Shown here one piece after another: positions 44,847 through 55,141 of a stretch of 64,000 bases of DNA. Source of the DNA: an uncultured Eubacteriales bacterium (lineage in GTDB: Bacteria; Bacillota; Clostridia; Christensenellales; CAG-138); the NCBI GenBank assembly GCA_900545265.1, contig UQYI01000007.1, forward strand, positions 32,278 through 96,277. Direction: 5' to 3'. Numbering within the stretch: position 1 is the first letter of the stretch; the number at the start of each line of letters is the position of its first letter. The translations under genes were made by a program, and so were the position numbers. Below the pieces are notes generated by a model. The model had not been told where the DNA came from, did no database searches, and saw only the letters and a program-made list of their open reading frames with translations.

Positions 44847-46238
44847 TTACTTATGCATGCCTTCCGGCTGCCTGCACAGCCGCCGGATATAGGGCACCAC
44901 CAACAGAGCGGATACAAGCAGTGCGATGCCCTCTGCCCCGGGGGTAGCCCAGGCGATCCCCTGCACGCCCCAGCGTTGGTTCAGCAGATACATCAGCAGT
45001 ACATCCACGGTGCCTTTGCGCATCAATGACAATAAAATGGGAGGAAGCTTCTGCCCGGTAGCCTGAAAAAGGGTAATGGCATAGAAATTCAGCGTTGTGG
45101 CCATACAGGCAAGGCTCAAAATGCGCAAAAACAGCCATCCGTAGGCCACCGTCTCCTGATTTTGAATAAAACAGCCGGTAATGGACTCCGCCCCAAAGAA
45201 CAGCAGCAGGGTCTCCCCAAAAGAAATGCTCACACAAAACAGCAACTGGGTTTTCATTGCCGCCAGCATCCGCTGCCGTCTACCGGAAGTATAGGTATAG
45301 CCGATCAAAGGCAGCGTGCCCTGATTCAGGCCCTGCGCCAATGCAAAGGCCAGCATCCCCATCTTCTTGGCAATGCCCATGCCTGCCATGGCTTCGTTGG
45401 AATAAGCGGATACATACCGGTTCAGGCAGGTGTTGGAAACCGTAGCCATCAGCGAAATCAAAAAACTGGGCAGACCCACCGACAGCACTTCTCCGGGGAT
45501 GCGAGCCCCCAGTGTAAAGTATCCCGGCGAAAGGGTCAGTACGCTGCGTCCGCGGATCTTATACAGCAGGCGCAGAAAGTAGCCCAACGCTGCCACGTTG
45601 GAAAGAAATGTGGCTATGGCCGCCCCGGTGATCTCCATCCTGAACACAAACAGGAGCAGCGGATCCAGTGCCATATTCAAAATGCCTCCCAAAGCTACCC
45701 CCAGACTGGCCTGCCGGGCATATCCTTCCGCCCGAACCAGGTGCGCCAGCACGCCGCTGAGTATGGTAGGCAAAGCCCCCAGCCCTACTGTCCAGAACAG
45801 ATAGTTGGAAACATGGTGCCACGTATCTTCGTTTGCCCCAAGCACCGGCAGCAGCCAGGGCCGCAGACACAGGACGGCCGCCCCATACACCAATGCCGCT
45901 CCTGCAGCCGACCACACACAGAAGGCGGAGCACCGGGCGGCTCGCTCCGGTTCCTTCGCTCCCAGGCTCCGGGAGATCAAGCTGGCTCCGCCGATGCCAA
46001 ACAGATTGGTCAAAGCTGTCATGAGCATAAACAGCGGCATGGAAACGGTAGCCGCCGCCACCTGCGCCGGATCGTTGAGCTGACCCACAAAAAATGTATC
46101 CGCCATGTTATAAACTACGGTGATCAGCTGACTAATGACCGTAGGCACCGCCAGAGAAAGTACTGCTTTGCCTACCGGCATTTGGGTAAACAGCGCCTCT
46201 TTATCCTCTGTCTGTTTCGCCTTATGCATATCGCTCAT
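44847..46238 (-). CDS. MATE family efflux transporter
   Basis: 463 aa, 12 TM. N-terminus ...LAVPTVISQLITVVYNMADTFFVGQL is typical of MATE. Confidence 0.9.
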   Translation of the reverse strand: MSDMHKAKQTEDKEALFTQMPVGKAVLSLAVPTVISQLITVVYNMADTFFVGQLNDPAQVAAATVSMPLFMLMTALTNLFGIGGASLISRSLGAKEPERAARCSAFCVWSAAGAALVYGAAVLCLRPWLLPVLGANEDTWHHVSNYLFWTVGLGALPTILSGVLAHLVRAEGYARQASLGVALGGILNMALDPLLLFVFRMEITGAAIATFLSNVAALGYFLRLLYKIRGRSVLTLSPGYFTLGARIPGEVLSVGLPSFLISLMATVSNTCLNRYVSAYSNEAMAGMGIAKKMGMLAFALAQGLNQGTLPLIGYTYTSGRRQRMLAAMKTQLLFCVSISFGETLLLFFGAESITGCFIQNQETVAYGWLFLRILSLACMATTLNFYAITLFQATGQKLPPILLSLMRKGTVDVLLMYLLNQRWGVQGIAWATPGAEGIALLVSALLVVPYIRRLCRQPEGMHK

Positions 46239-46470
46239 ACGATCTGTCCTTTTCCCTTACTCTTTCTGTCAGTATATATCTATGCCTCTACAGAAGCAAT
46301 GCGGCTTCCGTTTTATGTGCTGTACAAATATGTCAATTACTCTTGTTTGTCAAAAATTTGTATGAAGGGAAAGAATTCTCCAAGAACCTGTGGATCGGGA
46401 CGCTGGATTTCTTCTGTGCATACAGGTATAATAGAAGCAAATCTGATTGAAGAGATAAAGGAGCAAACCT

Positions 46471-48303
46471 GTGAAAGAGGTAAAAAGCCCCAGAAAACCG
46501 CTGATCTATTACTACGGCATCGTGCTGCTGGTAGTGATCCTGTTTAACGTATTTATTTCCCCCCTGCTGTCCAAAAACGTAGTGGAGGAAGTGGACTACG
46601 GCACTTTCATGCGCATGACCGAAGAAAAGAAGATCGGCCGGGTGGAAGTGGAGGATTCCCAGATCCTTTTTACGGAAAAGGATAATGAAAAAACCATTTA
46701 CAAAACCAGTGTCATGGAGGATCCAGGCCTTACAGAGCGGCTGTATGCATCCGGTGCAAAATTCTCCAAAGATATTGACACCAAGGTTTCTCCCCTGCTG
46801 AGTATTCTGTTCACTGGGCTGCTGCCCCTGCTGCTGCTTTTCCTCTTAGGGCAGTATATGGCCAGAAAGCTGGAGCAGCAGATGGGCGGTAAAAACGCTA
46901 TGACCTTCGGCCTGGGAAAGAGCAATGCCCGGGTCTATGTGCAGTCTACCAAAGGCATTCGCTTTGAAGATGTAGCCGGGGAGGACGAAGCCAAAGAAAA
47001 CCTGCAGGAGATCGTCAACTATCTGCACGATCCTAAAAAATATGAAGACGCCGGTGCCTCCATGCCCAAGGGCATCCTGTTGGTGGGCCCTCCGGGCACG
47101 GGCAAGACCATGTTGGCCAAGGCCGTAGCCGGAGAAGCGGGCGTTCCCTTCTTTTCCATGAGCGGTTCCGAATTTGTGGAGATGTTCGTGGGCATGGGCG
47201 CCAGCAAGGTGCGGGATCTGTTCAGTCAGGCTAAAGAGAAGGCACCCTGCATCGTGTTTATCGATGAGATCGACGCTATCGGCAAGAAGCGGGACGGTCA
47301 GTTCGGCGGCAATGATGAGCGGGAACAGACTCTGAACCAGCTGCTTACGGAAATGGACGGTTTTGAAGGAAACACCGGCGTTATCATTCTGGCCGCCACC
47401 AACCGGCCGGAATCTCTGGATCCTGCGCTGACCCGCCCGGGCCGTTTCGACCGCCGGGTGCCGGTGGAACTTCCTGACCTTGCCGGCCGGGAAGCCATCC
47501 TGAAAGTACATGCCAAAAAGATCAAAACCGATGCGGATGTAGATTTTCATACCATTGCCCGGATGGCGGCCGGTGCTTCCGGCGCTGAACTGGCCAATAT
47601 CATCAACGAAGCCGCTCTGCGGGCTGTGCGCAGCGGCCGGATCGTGGTCAACGAAAGCGATCTGGAAGAAAGTGTGGAGGTAGTCATCGCCGGCTATCAG
47701 AAAAAGAATGCTGTCCTCTCCGATCAGGAGAAAAAAGTAGTGGCCTATCATGAGATCGGGCACGCGCTGGTAGCGGCGCTGCAAAGTCACTCCGCCCCCG
47801 TGCAGAAGATCACCATCATTCCCCGAACCAGCGGCGCTCTGGGCTACACCATGCAGGTGGAGCAGGGAGATAAATACCTGATGACCAAGGCGGAAATGGA
47901 AAACAAGATCTGCACCCTTACCGGCGGACGGGCTGCGGAAGAAGAGATCTTCCACGAGATCACCACCGGTGCTTCCAACGATATAGAACAGGCCACCCGA
48001 TTGGCCCGGGCCATGATCACCCGCTATGGCATGAGCGATGATTTTGATATGGTCGCCCTGGAAACGGTGAACAACCAGTACCTGGGAGGCGATTCCTCCC
48101 TGTGCTGCTCCCCGGATATGCAGAAGGAGATCGACCGCATGGTCATCGCACTGGTAAAGAGCCAGCACGAAAGAGCCAGGCAGCTGCTGCGTGAAAACCG
48201 AAGCAAGCTGGATCAGCTGGCTTCCTTCCTATATGAAAAGGAAACCATCACCGGAGAAGAATTTATGAACATGCTCGACAAGAACACACAGGAGGCAAAA
48301 TGA
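46471..48303 (+). CDS. ftsH: ATP-dependent zinc metalloprotease FtsH
   Basis: GTG start after [25 protein letters not shown] region, HEIGHAL zinc motif. Confidence 0.95.
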   Translation: MKEVKSPRKPLIYYYGIVLLVVILFNVFISPLLSKNVVEEVDYGTFMRMTEEKKIGRVEVEDSQILFTEKDNEKTIYKTSVMEDPGLTERLYASGAKFSKDIDTKVSPLLSILFTGLLPLLLLFLLGQYMARKLEQQMGGKNAMTFGLGKSNARVYVQSTKGIRFEDVAGEDEAKENLQEIVNYLHDPKKYEDAGASMPKGILLVGPPGTGKTMLAKAVAGEAGVPFFSMSGSEFVEMFVGMGASKVRDLFSQAKEKAPCIVFIDEIDAIGKKRDGQFGGNDEREQTLNQLLTEMDGFEGNTGVIILAATNRPESLDPALTRPGRFDRRVPVELPDLAGREAILKVHAKKIKTDADVDFHTIARMAAGASGAELANIINEAALRAVRSGRIVVNESDLEESVEVVIAGYQKKNAVLSDQEKKVVAYHEIGHALVAALQSHSAPVQKITIIPRTSGALGYTMQVEQGDKYLMTKAEMENKICTLTGGRAAEEEIFHEITTGASNDIEQATRLARAMITRYGMSDDFDMVALETVNNQYLGGDSSLCCSPDMQKEIDRMVIALVKSQHERARQLLRENRSKLDQLASFLYEKETITGEEFMNMLDKNTQEAK

Positions 48304-48842
48304 AGAATCGTTCTGTATTCGGATGGCTGGAACTGGCCATCGGCATCCTTTTGATCGGCCTGGGAATTTACAGTTTCTTTGAGCCAATGGATATCCTTAT
48401 GGGCCTTGTATTTCTGTATGGTCTGGCTGCTCTGGCCACGGGCATTGGAGACATTGTGTTCTACTGCCGTATGGACCGGCATCTGGGCATTGGCCCCACA
48501 CTTTCTCTGGTATCGGGCATTCTCAGCGTTATGGCAGGTTTTGTGCTTGCCATTCATCCCAGCGCGGGGAGCTGGGCCGTGGTATTGTTGTTCCCCCTGT
48601 GGTTCATTGCCCACTGCATCTCCCGTTTGGCCCGGCTGCCTTTGGCCCGCTTTATTGCAGGACGCGGGTACTATGTTTTTTCTTTGATCGTCAACATTCT
48701 GGGGCTGCTGCTGGGGTTTGCCATGCTGTTTTCTCCGCAGCTTTCCATGACCTCGTTAAACATTATCATGGCCGTATATCTGCTTCTGCTGGGTATTGAC
48801 TGCCTGACCGAAGCGTTCACCAACATCGGCGCACAACGGTAA
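48300..48842 (+). CDS. HdeD/DUF308 family membrane protein
   Basis: Repeated DUF308-type TM pairs (GILLIGLGIYSFF..). ATGA overlap with ftsH. Confidence 0.75.
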   Translation: MKNRSVFGWLELAIGILLIGLGIYSFFEPMDILMGLVFLYGLAALATGIGDIVFYCRMDRHLGIGPTLSLVSGILSVMAGFVLAIHPSAGSWAVVLLFPLWFIAHCISRLARLPLARFIAGRGYYVFSLIVNILGLLLGFAMLFSPQLSMTSLNIIMAVYLLLLGIDCLTEAFTNIGAQR

Positions 48843-48862
48843 GCTTTTTCTCTGTCCTAATG

Positions 48863-48889
48863 GCTCCTTCCCCCGGAAGGAGCTTTTTT
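48863..48889 (+). terminator. Terminator after hdeD-like gene
   Basis: GCTCCTTC-CCCCG-GAAGGAGC followed by T6. Confidence 0.8.
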
Positions 48890-48926
48890 GCTCGTCCCCA
48901 AAGATGGTCCCGCTGCTTCGAGGGCC

Positions 48927-49012
48927 GTGGGATGCACGCAAGGCGGCTTCAGCCGCCTTGCTCTGCGGGGCTACGCCCCGCAGGTGCGGAAACCGCACCG
49001 TGCATCCCCCAC
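48927..49012. other. 86-nt GC-rich nested palindrome (four-way junction fold)
   Basis: Outer stem GTGGGATGCACG/CGTGCATCCC(CC)AC encloses three abutting hairpins (CAAGGCGGC/GCCGCCTTG; CTGCGGGGC/GCCCCGCAG; GTGCGG/CCGCAC). Confidence 0.7.
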
Positions 49013-49026
49013 CTTCGAACTGCCGC

Positions 49027-49072
49027 AAAAAACATAAAGCCGGGCTTCGGAAAAGGCGCTCCGGAACCCGGC
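49027..49072 (-). terminator. Terminator of SDR/uxuA operon
   Basis: GCCGGGTTCCGG...CCGAAGCCCGGC hairpin followed by U-rich sequence on the minus strand. Confidence 0.6.
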
Positions 49073-49132
49073 CAATGGCACGAACAAAAGCATACATGCT
49101 CTGTCCGAATGCAGCTTTTCAGATAAGGATCA

Positions 49133-49903
49133 TTAAAACCCGATAGAGCAGCCTCCGTCCACGGTCAGCACCGTGCCGGTAACGAACTTGGAAGCCGGTG
49201 CGCACAGATACACCGCCGCCCAGCCTATATCCTCCGGCGTTCCATAGGCATACATGGGTGTGTGTCCCAGAATCTTCTGCTGCCGGGGCAGATCCTTATC
49301 CACTACCTGATGGAACATGGGCGTATCTATGAACCCCGGTACAATGGCATTGACCCGGATCCCCTCCCGGGAAAGATCCCCAGCCAGACAGCGGGTGATC
49401 CCCAGCAGCGCCGATTTGGTCGCTCCATATACGCTGACCTTGGTCAGCCCCAGCAGTGCCGATTCCGAAGAGATAAACACTACGCTGCCATGTCCTCTTG
49501 CCTTCATATAAGGATAGGCTGCCTGAGTCAGGGCAAAGGCGCCGTACAGATGCACATCCATCAGGTTTCTGAAATCCTGGATCTCTATGTCCTCTATCTC
49601 TTTCTTGCAGTGCCGCCCGGCATTATGGATCAGGATATCCACGGAGCCAAAGCTTTCTTCCAACTCCTGTATAAAAGGTTTCGCCTGCTCCGTTCGGGTA
49701 ATGTCATGCACCCGGTAATAGGCGCCGTTCCCCAATTCCCGGCAGGCCTGCGCCAATACTTCCTCCCGGCGCCCGGCAAGCACCACATTGGCCCCAGCGC
49801 TGTGAAGACATTTTGCAATAGCCAGCCCTATGCCGCTGCCGCCCCCGGTGATAAGGGCCGTTTGTCCTGAAAGATCAAATGCTTTGCGGAAAAAATCGTT
49901 CAT
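49133..49903 (-). CDS. SDR-family oxidoreductase (KduD/gluconate-5-dehydrogenase-like)
   Basis: TGGGSGIG, NAG, YGATKSAL (YxxxK). Confidence 0.9.
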   Translation of the reverse strand: MNDFFRKAFDLSGQTALITGGGSGIGLAIAKCLHSAGANVVLAGRREEVLAQACRELGNGAYYRVHDITRTEQAKPFIQELEESFGSVDILIHNAGRHCKKEIEDIEIQDFRNLMDVHLYGAFALTQAAYPYMKARGHGSVVFISSESALLGLTKVSVYGATKSALLGITRCLAGDLSREGIRVNAIVPGFIDTPMFHQVVDKDLPRQQKILGHTPMYAYGTPEDIGWAAVYLCAPASKFVTGTVLTVDGGCSIGF

Positions 49904-49924
49904 ATTCTTCTGCCTTTCTCTGCT

Positions 49925-50911
49925 TTACAGCAGTCCCCGTTCCATCGCCTGCATCAACGCCCGCATATACCCAAGGGCATACGCCATTCCTCCGTGCCAG
50001 GGAGCAGCGCAATTTACCAAAGGCGTATGGTCCGGAATCAACACTCCCTCAAACTCGTTATCCCGAAGGATCTGCAATACCCGGAGCATATCTATATCTC
50101 CCTCATCCACAAAAACCTCATCGTAGCAGGGTACTTTTCCTTTGACGTTTCGGAAGTGGATATAGCTTATCTCCCCTGCCCGGGCATATTTGTCCAGATA
50201 GTCATAGATGGGCCGATCCGACTGCATTTCCTGCAAGCTCCCCAAACAAAGCTCCATCTTGTTGGCAGGGCTCTTTACCAGCTCCATGACTTGCTGATAG
50301 ATCTCCGGCCGGTACACCAGGCGTGCCGTTTGTCTGAGCTCCGGCATGGGCGGGTCGTCCGGATGGAGTGCCATATCTACGCCAGCCTCCTCTGCCACGG
50401 GGAGGATCTCCCGAAGGAAATACTCCAGCCGCTGCCACAATTCTTTCTGGGAAACCGGAGGCATATATCCTCCGTCCCCGGGGCCGTAAGTCATGTTCCA
50501 AACCTGTCCGTTGGGGATAGGCGCCTGTATATCCAGCAAAGAAGCATCAAAACAGGTGCTCTCAGCTCCGCCCCGGGCCGCATGTTTCTTCTGATGGCCC
50601 CAAACCCCTGCCAGGCTGAAATTATATCCAAAAGCTCGTATGCCTGCCTGCCCGGTTGCCCGAATGATGGCCTTGAGCCGCTTCATCTGCTTTTCCTTTT
50701 TCGGGCCGTCCAGCAGCACATCATACCAGTCTGCCGGGCTGAAATTCTCTATACCGTAAATACGGAGCCCGTATTCCCCCGCCTCTTTCTGCAGAGCCAG
50801 CAAGTTTTCCGGCTCCCAGATGGGATCCTGAGAAAGTGCGGTCCCGTAGTTGCTTGTTTCATTGGTAGCCGTAACAATATGCATTCTAGCCGTACTGGTC
50901 AGTCTGTTCAT
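49925..50911 (-). CDS. uxuA: Mannonate dehydratase-like protein, apparently missing ~25 N-terminal residues
   Basis: PVAEEAGVDMALHPDDPP, YIHFRNVKG, IPDHTP. No SD before either candidate ATG. The first TIM-barrel strand (MxFRWYG) is absent. Confidence 0.75.
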   Translation of the reverse strand: MNRLTSTARMHIVTATNETSNYGTALSQDPIWEPENLLALQKEAGEYGLRIYGIENFSPADWYDVLLDGPKKEKQMKRLKAIIRATGQAGIRAFGYNFSLAGVWGHQKKHAARGGAESTCFDASLLDIQAPIPNGQVWNMTYGPGDGGYMPPVSQKELWQRLEYFLREILPVAEEAGVDMALHPDDPPMPELRQTARLVYRPEIYQQVMELVKSPANKMELCLGSLQEMQSDRPIYDYLDKYARAGEISYIHFRNVKGKVPCYDEVFVDEGDIDMLRVLQILRDNEFEGVLIPDHTPLVNCAAPWHGGMAYALGYMRALMQAMERGLL

Positions 50912-51794
50912 TTATAAAAGCGTTTCGGAGATACTGCGACCGGTATACACCATGATCGATGTTTCCAACCAGCTTACCGCCGGGCACTTTGATATTCCGG
51001 ATATAGACTATCCGCTTTCCAACGAAATGGGCCGTCTGGTGGAATCCTTCAACCAGATGAAAAACGCTACCGGCCGCCTTATGACCGCCATGGAGGAAAA
51101 GCGCCATGCAGAAACCCTTCTTGCTGAAGCGCGTGCCCGAAAGGCAGAGCAGGAGCAGCAGCTTCAGGAAGCGGTCGTGCTGCAATTGCGCAGCCAGATC
51201 ATGCCTCATTTTCTGTTTAATACTCTGAATATCATCAGCCGCACCGCCCGGGTAGAGGGCGCACCCAAAACAGAAGAGCTGCTGTATGCCCTGGCGCATC
51301 TTTTCAGGGCAAGTCTGCAATCCACCGTGGCCGGACAGGTGACCCTTGCGGAAGAAATAAATATGGCCCGGAACTATTTTATCCTGCAGCAGGCCCGTTT
51401 CGGCAGCAGAGTAGGGCTTACTTTCCGCGTGGCAAAAGATGTGTATCCCGAGGAGCTGCAGGTCCCCAGCTTCTTTTTGCAGCCCCTGGTAGAAAATTCC
51501 ATTCTCCACGGCCTTGAGAACCGGGTAGACGGCGGCCGGGTGCGGGTGCGGATCCAGCGGGACGAAACGCACCTGTATATCAGCATCTGCGACAACGGCT
51601 CCGGCATGAGCCGGGAGCGGCTTGCGGAGGTCATCCGGGAGGATACCGTCCGGGAACGCCGGGTCACCGGCATCGGCGTAAGAAACGTGCGGGCCAGGAT
51701 CCTTATGGCCCACCCGGGCAATGCCTTTACCATCTATTCCAAAGAAAATCTGGGCACCATCGTGCGCATCACCCTGTATCTGGAGGAGGAGTGA
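50850..51794 (+). CDS. YesM/LytS-type histidine kinase lacking the N-terminal sensor region
   Basis: Frame opens right after a TAG (TTG first codon). One TM, HAMP, His_kinase block QIMPHFLFNTLN, HATPase (DNGSGM, GIGVRNV). Confidence 0.7.
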   Translation: MLVSLVAVTICILAVLVSLFIYKSVSEILRPVYTMIDVSNQLTAGHFDIPDIDYPLSNEMGRLVESFNQMKNATGRLMTAMEEKRHAETLLAEARARKAEQEQQLQEAVVLQLRSQIMPHFLFNTLNIISRTARVEGAPKTEELLYALAHLFRASLQSTVAGQVTLAEEINMARNYFILQQARFGSRVGLTFRVAKDVYPEELQVPSFFLQPLVENSILHGLENRVDGGRVRVRIQRDETHLYISICDNGSGMSRERLAEVIREDTVRERRVTGIGVRNVRARILMAHPGNAFTIYSKENLGTIVRITLYLEEE

Positions 51795-51798
51795 ATCC

Positions 51799-52569
51799 AT
51801 GATCAAGATCCTTATTGCAGAAGACGAGGCACTGGAACGCAAGTTCCTGCTGAAGATCCTGGCCGATGCCTTGGGCTCAGCGGCAGAGCTGCGGGATGTG
51901 GAAAACGGCCTCCAGGCGGTGGAGCTGGCCCGTTTATGGCGGCCGGATCTGCTGCTGCTGGATATCCGTATGCCCGGCATGACCGGCCTGGAAGCCGCCG
52001 AGGAAATACGCACCTTCCTGCCCTATGTGCGGATCGCCCTAATCACCGCTTACGGGGAGTTTTCCTATGCGCAGCAGGCCATCCGCCTGCATGTGAGCGA
52101 TTATATTCTCAAGCCCGTGGAGGATGCCATGCTGATCAGCACCGTAAGGCGGCTCATGGAGCCCATCCGCCAGGAACAGAAGCTGGCCGATTACTTTACC
52201 GTGCCGCCCCTTTCTGCCAAAGCCCCCCAGGGAAGCGAAAGCCAGCAGACAGTCATGGAACGGGTAGACAGCTATCTACGGCATAACTATGCTCTGGATA
52301 TCTCTCTGGAGCGGGTAGCGGATATCATCGGTGCCAGCCCGGGATACTTCTCCAAGCTGTTTAAGCAGCATTTTGGGCAGACCTTTCTGGAGCGCCTGAC
52401 CCAGATACGCATCCAGCAGGCAAAAAAGCTTTTGCGCACCACAGACAAGAGCACCCGTGAAATCGGTGAAGCCGTCGGGTATCCTTCCATCACCTATTTC
52501 AACGCCAAATTCAAGAAGGAAACGGGGCTGCCTCCGGCCGAATACCGCCGGAATCCCCCGGAAGAATAA
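51799..52569 (+). CDS. YesN-like response regulator (REC + AraC HTH)
   Basis: ILIAEDE, LLLLDIRMPGMTG. C-terminal AraC-type HTH (..TREIGEAVGYPSITYFNAKFKKETG..). Confidence 0.9.
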   Translation: MIKILIAEDEALERKFLLKILADALGSAAELRDVENGLQAVELARLWRPDLLLLDIRMPGMTGLEAAEEIRTFLPYVRIALITAYGEFSYAQQAIRLHVSDYILKPVEDAMLISTVRRLMEPIRQEQKLADYFTVPPLSAKAPQGSESQQTVMERVDSYLRHNYALDISLERVADIIGASPGYFSKLFKQHFGQTFLERLTQIRIQQAKKLLRTTDKSTREIGEAVGYPSITYFNAKFKKETGLPPAEYRRNPPEE

Positions 52570-52592
52570 GCCTTCTTTCCATATAAAACTTC

Positions 52593-52620
52593 AGGGGCTG
52601 CAAATACAGCCCCTTTTTTA
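52593..52620 (+). terminator. Terminator after response regulator
   Basis: AGGGGCTG-loop-CAGCCCCT followed by T6. Confidence 0.8.
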
Positions 52621-52773
52621 ATGCGGCTTTCCAGAGAATTTCTACCGCCCCGTTTTCCGGCAGCTTCCGTTCCAGACACATGCTCCCGCTCCTTTTCAGG
52701 CCCGCTTATTTACGCAAAGATCCTCCGCAAGCCGGCAGCCTGCGGAGGAGCCTGTTTCAAGATATTCTACGTC

Positions 52774-53535
52774 TCAATGACCGTAATGCTGCAAAAAGCG
52801 GCGGGTGCGCTCCTTTTGCGGGTGTGTAAAAAGCTGTTCCGGCTTCCCCTCTTCCACGATGACCCCTTCATCCAGAAAGAGTACCCGGTGGCTCACCGCC
52901 CGGGCAAAAGCCATCTCGTGCGTAACGATGACCATGGTCATGGTGCTTTGAGCCAGCTGCCGAATGACCTTAAGCACCTCGCCTGTCAGTTCCGGATCCA
53001 ATGCAGAGGTCGGCTCATCAAAAAACAGTATCTCCGGCTCCATAGCCAAAGCCCGCGCAATGGCCGCCCGCTGTTGCTGCCCTCCGGAAAGTTGGCAGGG
53101 ATAGGCTTCCGCCTTATCCTCCAGCCCCATGCGCTCCAGCAGGATCCTTGCCTTCTGTTCCGCCTGTGTCTTGCCCATCTTCCCTGCGCACACCGGCGGA
53201 TCGGCTACATTTTTTAAAAGCGTAAAGTGCGGAAAAAGATTGTATTGCTGGAAAACCAGTCCAAAGGTTCCCTGCAGCTGCCGCAGGGTCTTTTTATCCG
53301 CATAAACACTGGGGCCATCTCCCCGGTTTTGGGCTGCCGTCCTGCCGCCGTAATACAGAGACCCGCTGTCCATCCGTTCCAGAAGGGTGGCGCACCGCAG
53401 CAGAGTGCTCTTTCCGCCGCCGCTGGGACCGATGATGGAAACTACTTCTCCCTTTTCCACCCGGAGAGAAGGACCCTTGAGCACCTGCCTGCCTGCAAAA
53501 GCCTTGCAGGCATTTTGTATTTCAAATACAGCCAT
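52774..53535 (-). CDS. Amino-acid ABC transporter ATP-binding protein (GlnQ-like)
   Basis: [34 protein letters not shown]. Confidence 0.9.
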   Translation of the reverse strand: MAVFEIQNACKAFAGRQVLKGPSLRVEKGEVVSIIGPSGGGKSTLLRCATLLERMDSGSLYYGGRTAAQNRGDGPSVYADKKTLRQLQGTFGLVFQQYNLFPHFTLLKNVADPPVCAGKMGKTQAEQKARILLERMGLEDKAEAYPCQLSGGQQQRAAIARALAMEPEILFFDEPTSALDPELTGEVLKVIRQLAQSTMTMVIVTHEMAFARAVSHRVLFLDEGVIVEEGKPEQLFTHPQKERTRRFLQHYGH

Positions 53536-53545
53536 GGCAGTCTCC

Positions 53546-54202
53546 TCAGTTATAATAGGTAAAAGCCTTTTCACATTTTTCCATGGCAAAGGCTACCCCG
53601 TAGTTGAACACATAGTAAAACACCCCTGCCGCCGCTAGAGCCAGCATCCCCGGGGTTTGAGGAGAGGCCACGATCTGCTTGGCCCGGGTAAACATCTCCA
53701 CCGTGCCTATGACCGAAGCCAAGGACGTGTCCTTCACCAAAGTAATGACCTCGTTGGTCACGAAAGGCAGTACACGCTTTATCATCTGCGGCAGCAAAAT
53801 GCGAAAGAAAGTCTGTCCCCGGCTGTAGCAAAGCACCTGCGCCGCCTCCCGCTACCCCTGAGGGATGGATTCCAGACCACCCCGGTAAATCTCTCCAAAG
53901 TAAGCGGCATAGTTGATCACAAAAGCCAGTATCACTGCCGTAAACCGCCAGTTCCCCGGCACGGTGATCCCCAGCAGAAGCTTTGGGCCATAAAAAACCA
54001 CCATCAGCTGGAGCATCAGAGGCGTTCCCCTCATGATGGAGATATATGCCTTTACGACGCCCCGCAGCAGCATGTTCCGGCTCCGCCGCCCGGCCATGAC
54101 CAGCAGACCCAAAGGCAGCGAGCCCAACAGGGTCAGCAGAAAAATAGCCAGTGTGGTAAGAAATCCCTGCCCCAGCAGGGAAAACATGGTGGAAACGTTC
54201 AT
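53546..54202 (-). pseudogene. Amino-acid ABC transporter permease interrupted by in-frame TAG
   Basis: Two abutting same-frame ORFs. ..GGLESIPQG-TAG-REAAQVL.. places the stop where the conserved EAA-loop Gln (CAG) is expected. Confidence 0.8.
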
Positions 54203-54203
54203 C

Positions 54204-55007
54204 TTATTTGCCGAGCATGCACAGGCTGTCCAGTACCAGCCCCTTATCCTCGTACTTTTGCGCTATCTCCAGCATGGTGCCGTCCTTAGCCATGTTCCAC
54301 AGCTGTTCGTTCACCGCATCCCGCAGCTCCGTGTTGCCCTTGAAAAAGCCGACGGCATATTGTTCCTGGGAAATGGCCTCCTCCAGCATTACATAGCCCT
54401 CTCCGTTGACGGACAGCTGATACGCCGCCACGCCCTTATCCACGGCCACGGCATCTACTGTACCCTGAGACAGATCCAGAAAGCCCGTGTTATAATCTCC
54501 CAATTCTACCACTTCCTTCAAGCTTGCCTTAAAGGCTTCGTTGGCGTTCACCGCATCGGAAGCGGAAGAGGCCGCCTGCACCATCAGCCGCTTGCCGGCC
54601 AGATCCGTCAGCGTTTGTATGCCGGAATCCGCCTTTACTACCACTACAATGGAATTGTCCACATAGGGATCGGACCAGGTGTATTCGTCTTCCCGTCCGG
54701 TAACGGTAAACCCGTTCCAAATGCAGTTGATGCTCCCCGCAGCCAGCTCTGCATCCTTACTGTTCCAGTCAATGGCCACGGCTTCAAAGTCCCAGCCCAG
54801 CCGGCTGCAGGCTTCCTTTGCCAGTGCCAGATCAAACCCGTCATAGCTTCCGTCTGCCGCTATAAACCCGAAAGGCGGGAACTCTGCGTCAAACCCAACG
54901 ATCAGTTTGCCGGAGGATTGCCCGGCCTGCTTTTCGTTATTCTTGGCACAGGCGGCTAAAGACACCGCCAGCACCAGCGCCAACATTACGGAAAACCATT
55001 TTTTCAT
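54204..55007 (-). CDS. Amino-acid ABC transporter substrate-binding lipoprotein (family 3)
   Basis: Lipobox LAAC. LIVGFDAEFPPFGF, DLALAKE.., typical polar amino-acid SBP. Confidence 0.9.
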   Translation of the reverse strand: MKKWFSVMLALVLAVSLAACAKNNEKQAGQSSGKLIVGFDAEFPPFGFIAADGSYDGFDLALAKEACSRLGWDFEAVAIDWNSKDAELAAGSINCIWNGFTVTGREDEYTWSDPYVDNSIVVVVKADSGIQTLTDLAGKRLMVQAASSASDAVNANEAFKASLKEVVELGDYNTGFLDLSQGTVDAVAVDKGVAAYQLSVNGEGYVMLEEAISQEQYAVGFFKGNTELRDAVNEQLWNMAKDGTMLEIAQKYEDKGLVLDSLCMLGK

Positions 55008-55141
55008 TGCTTCATTTCCTCGCTTTTGTATTTATACTCTGTAAATTTGAATTTTAATACAATTCCACACCGGACCTGGATTGTAACGAGCAAAACGGTG
55101 CTTTCCGTAAAAAATATATTTTTCTGTCATCCTGCAAAAGT

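Noticed and set aside
48927-49012. Cloverleaf-like fold as a tRNA or tRNA-like gene
   Set aside because: The arms are 6-12 bp with 3-4 nt loops and no variable or linker nucleotides. There is no T-loop (GTTCRA) or D-loop consensus, no anticodon loop of 7 nt and no CCA context.
53852-53854. In-frame TAG as pyrrolysine or programmed readthrough
   Set aside because: There is no pyl gene or downstream recoding structure in the window, and TAG is used as an ordinary stop elsewhere (for example feoB and cas5). A CAG-to-TAG nonsense mutation or a sequencing error is the simplest explanation.
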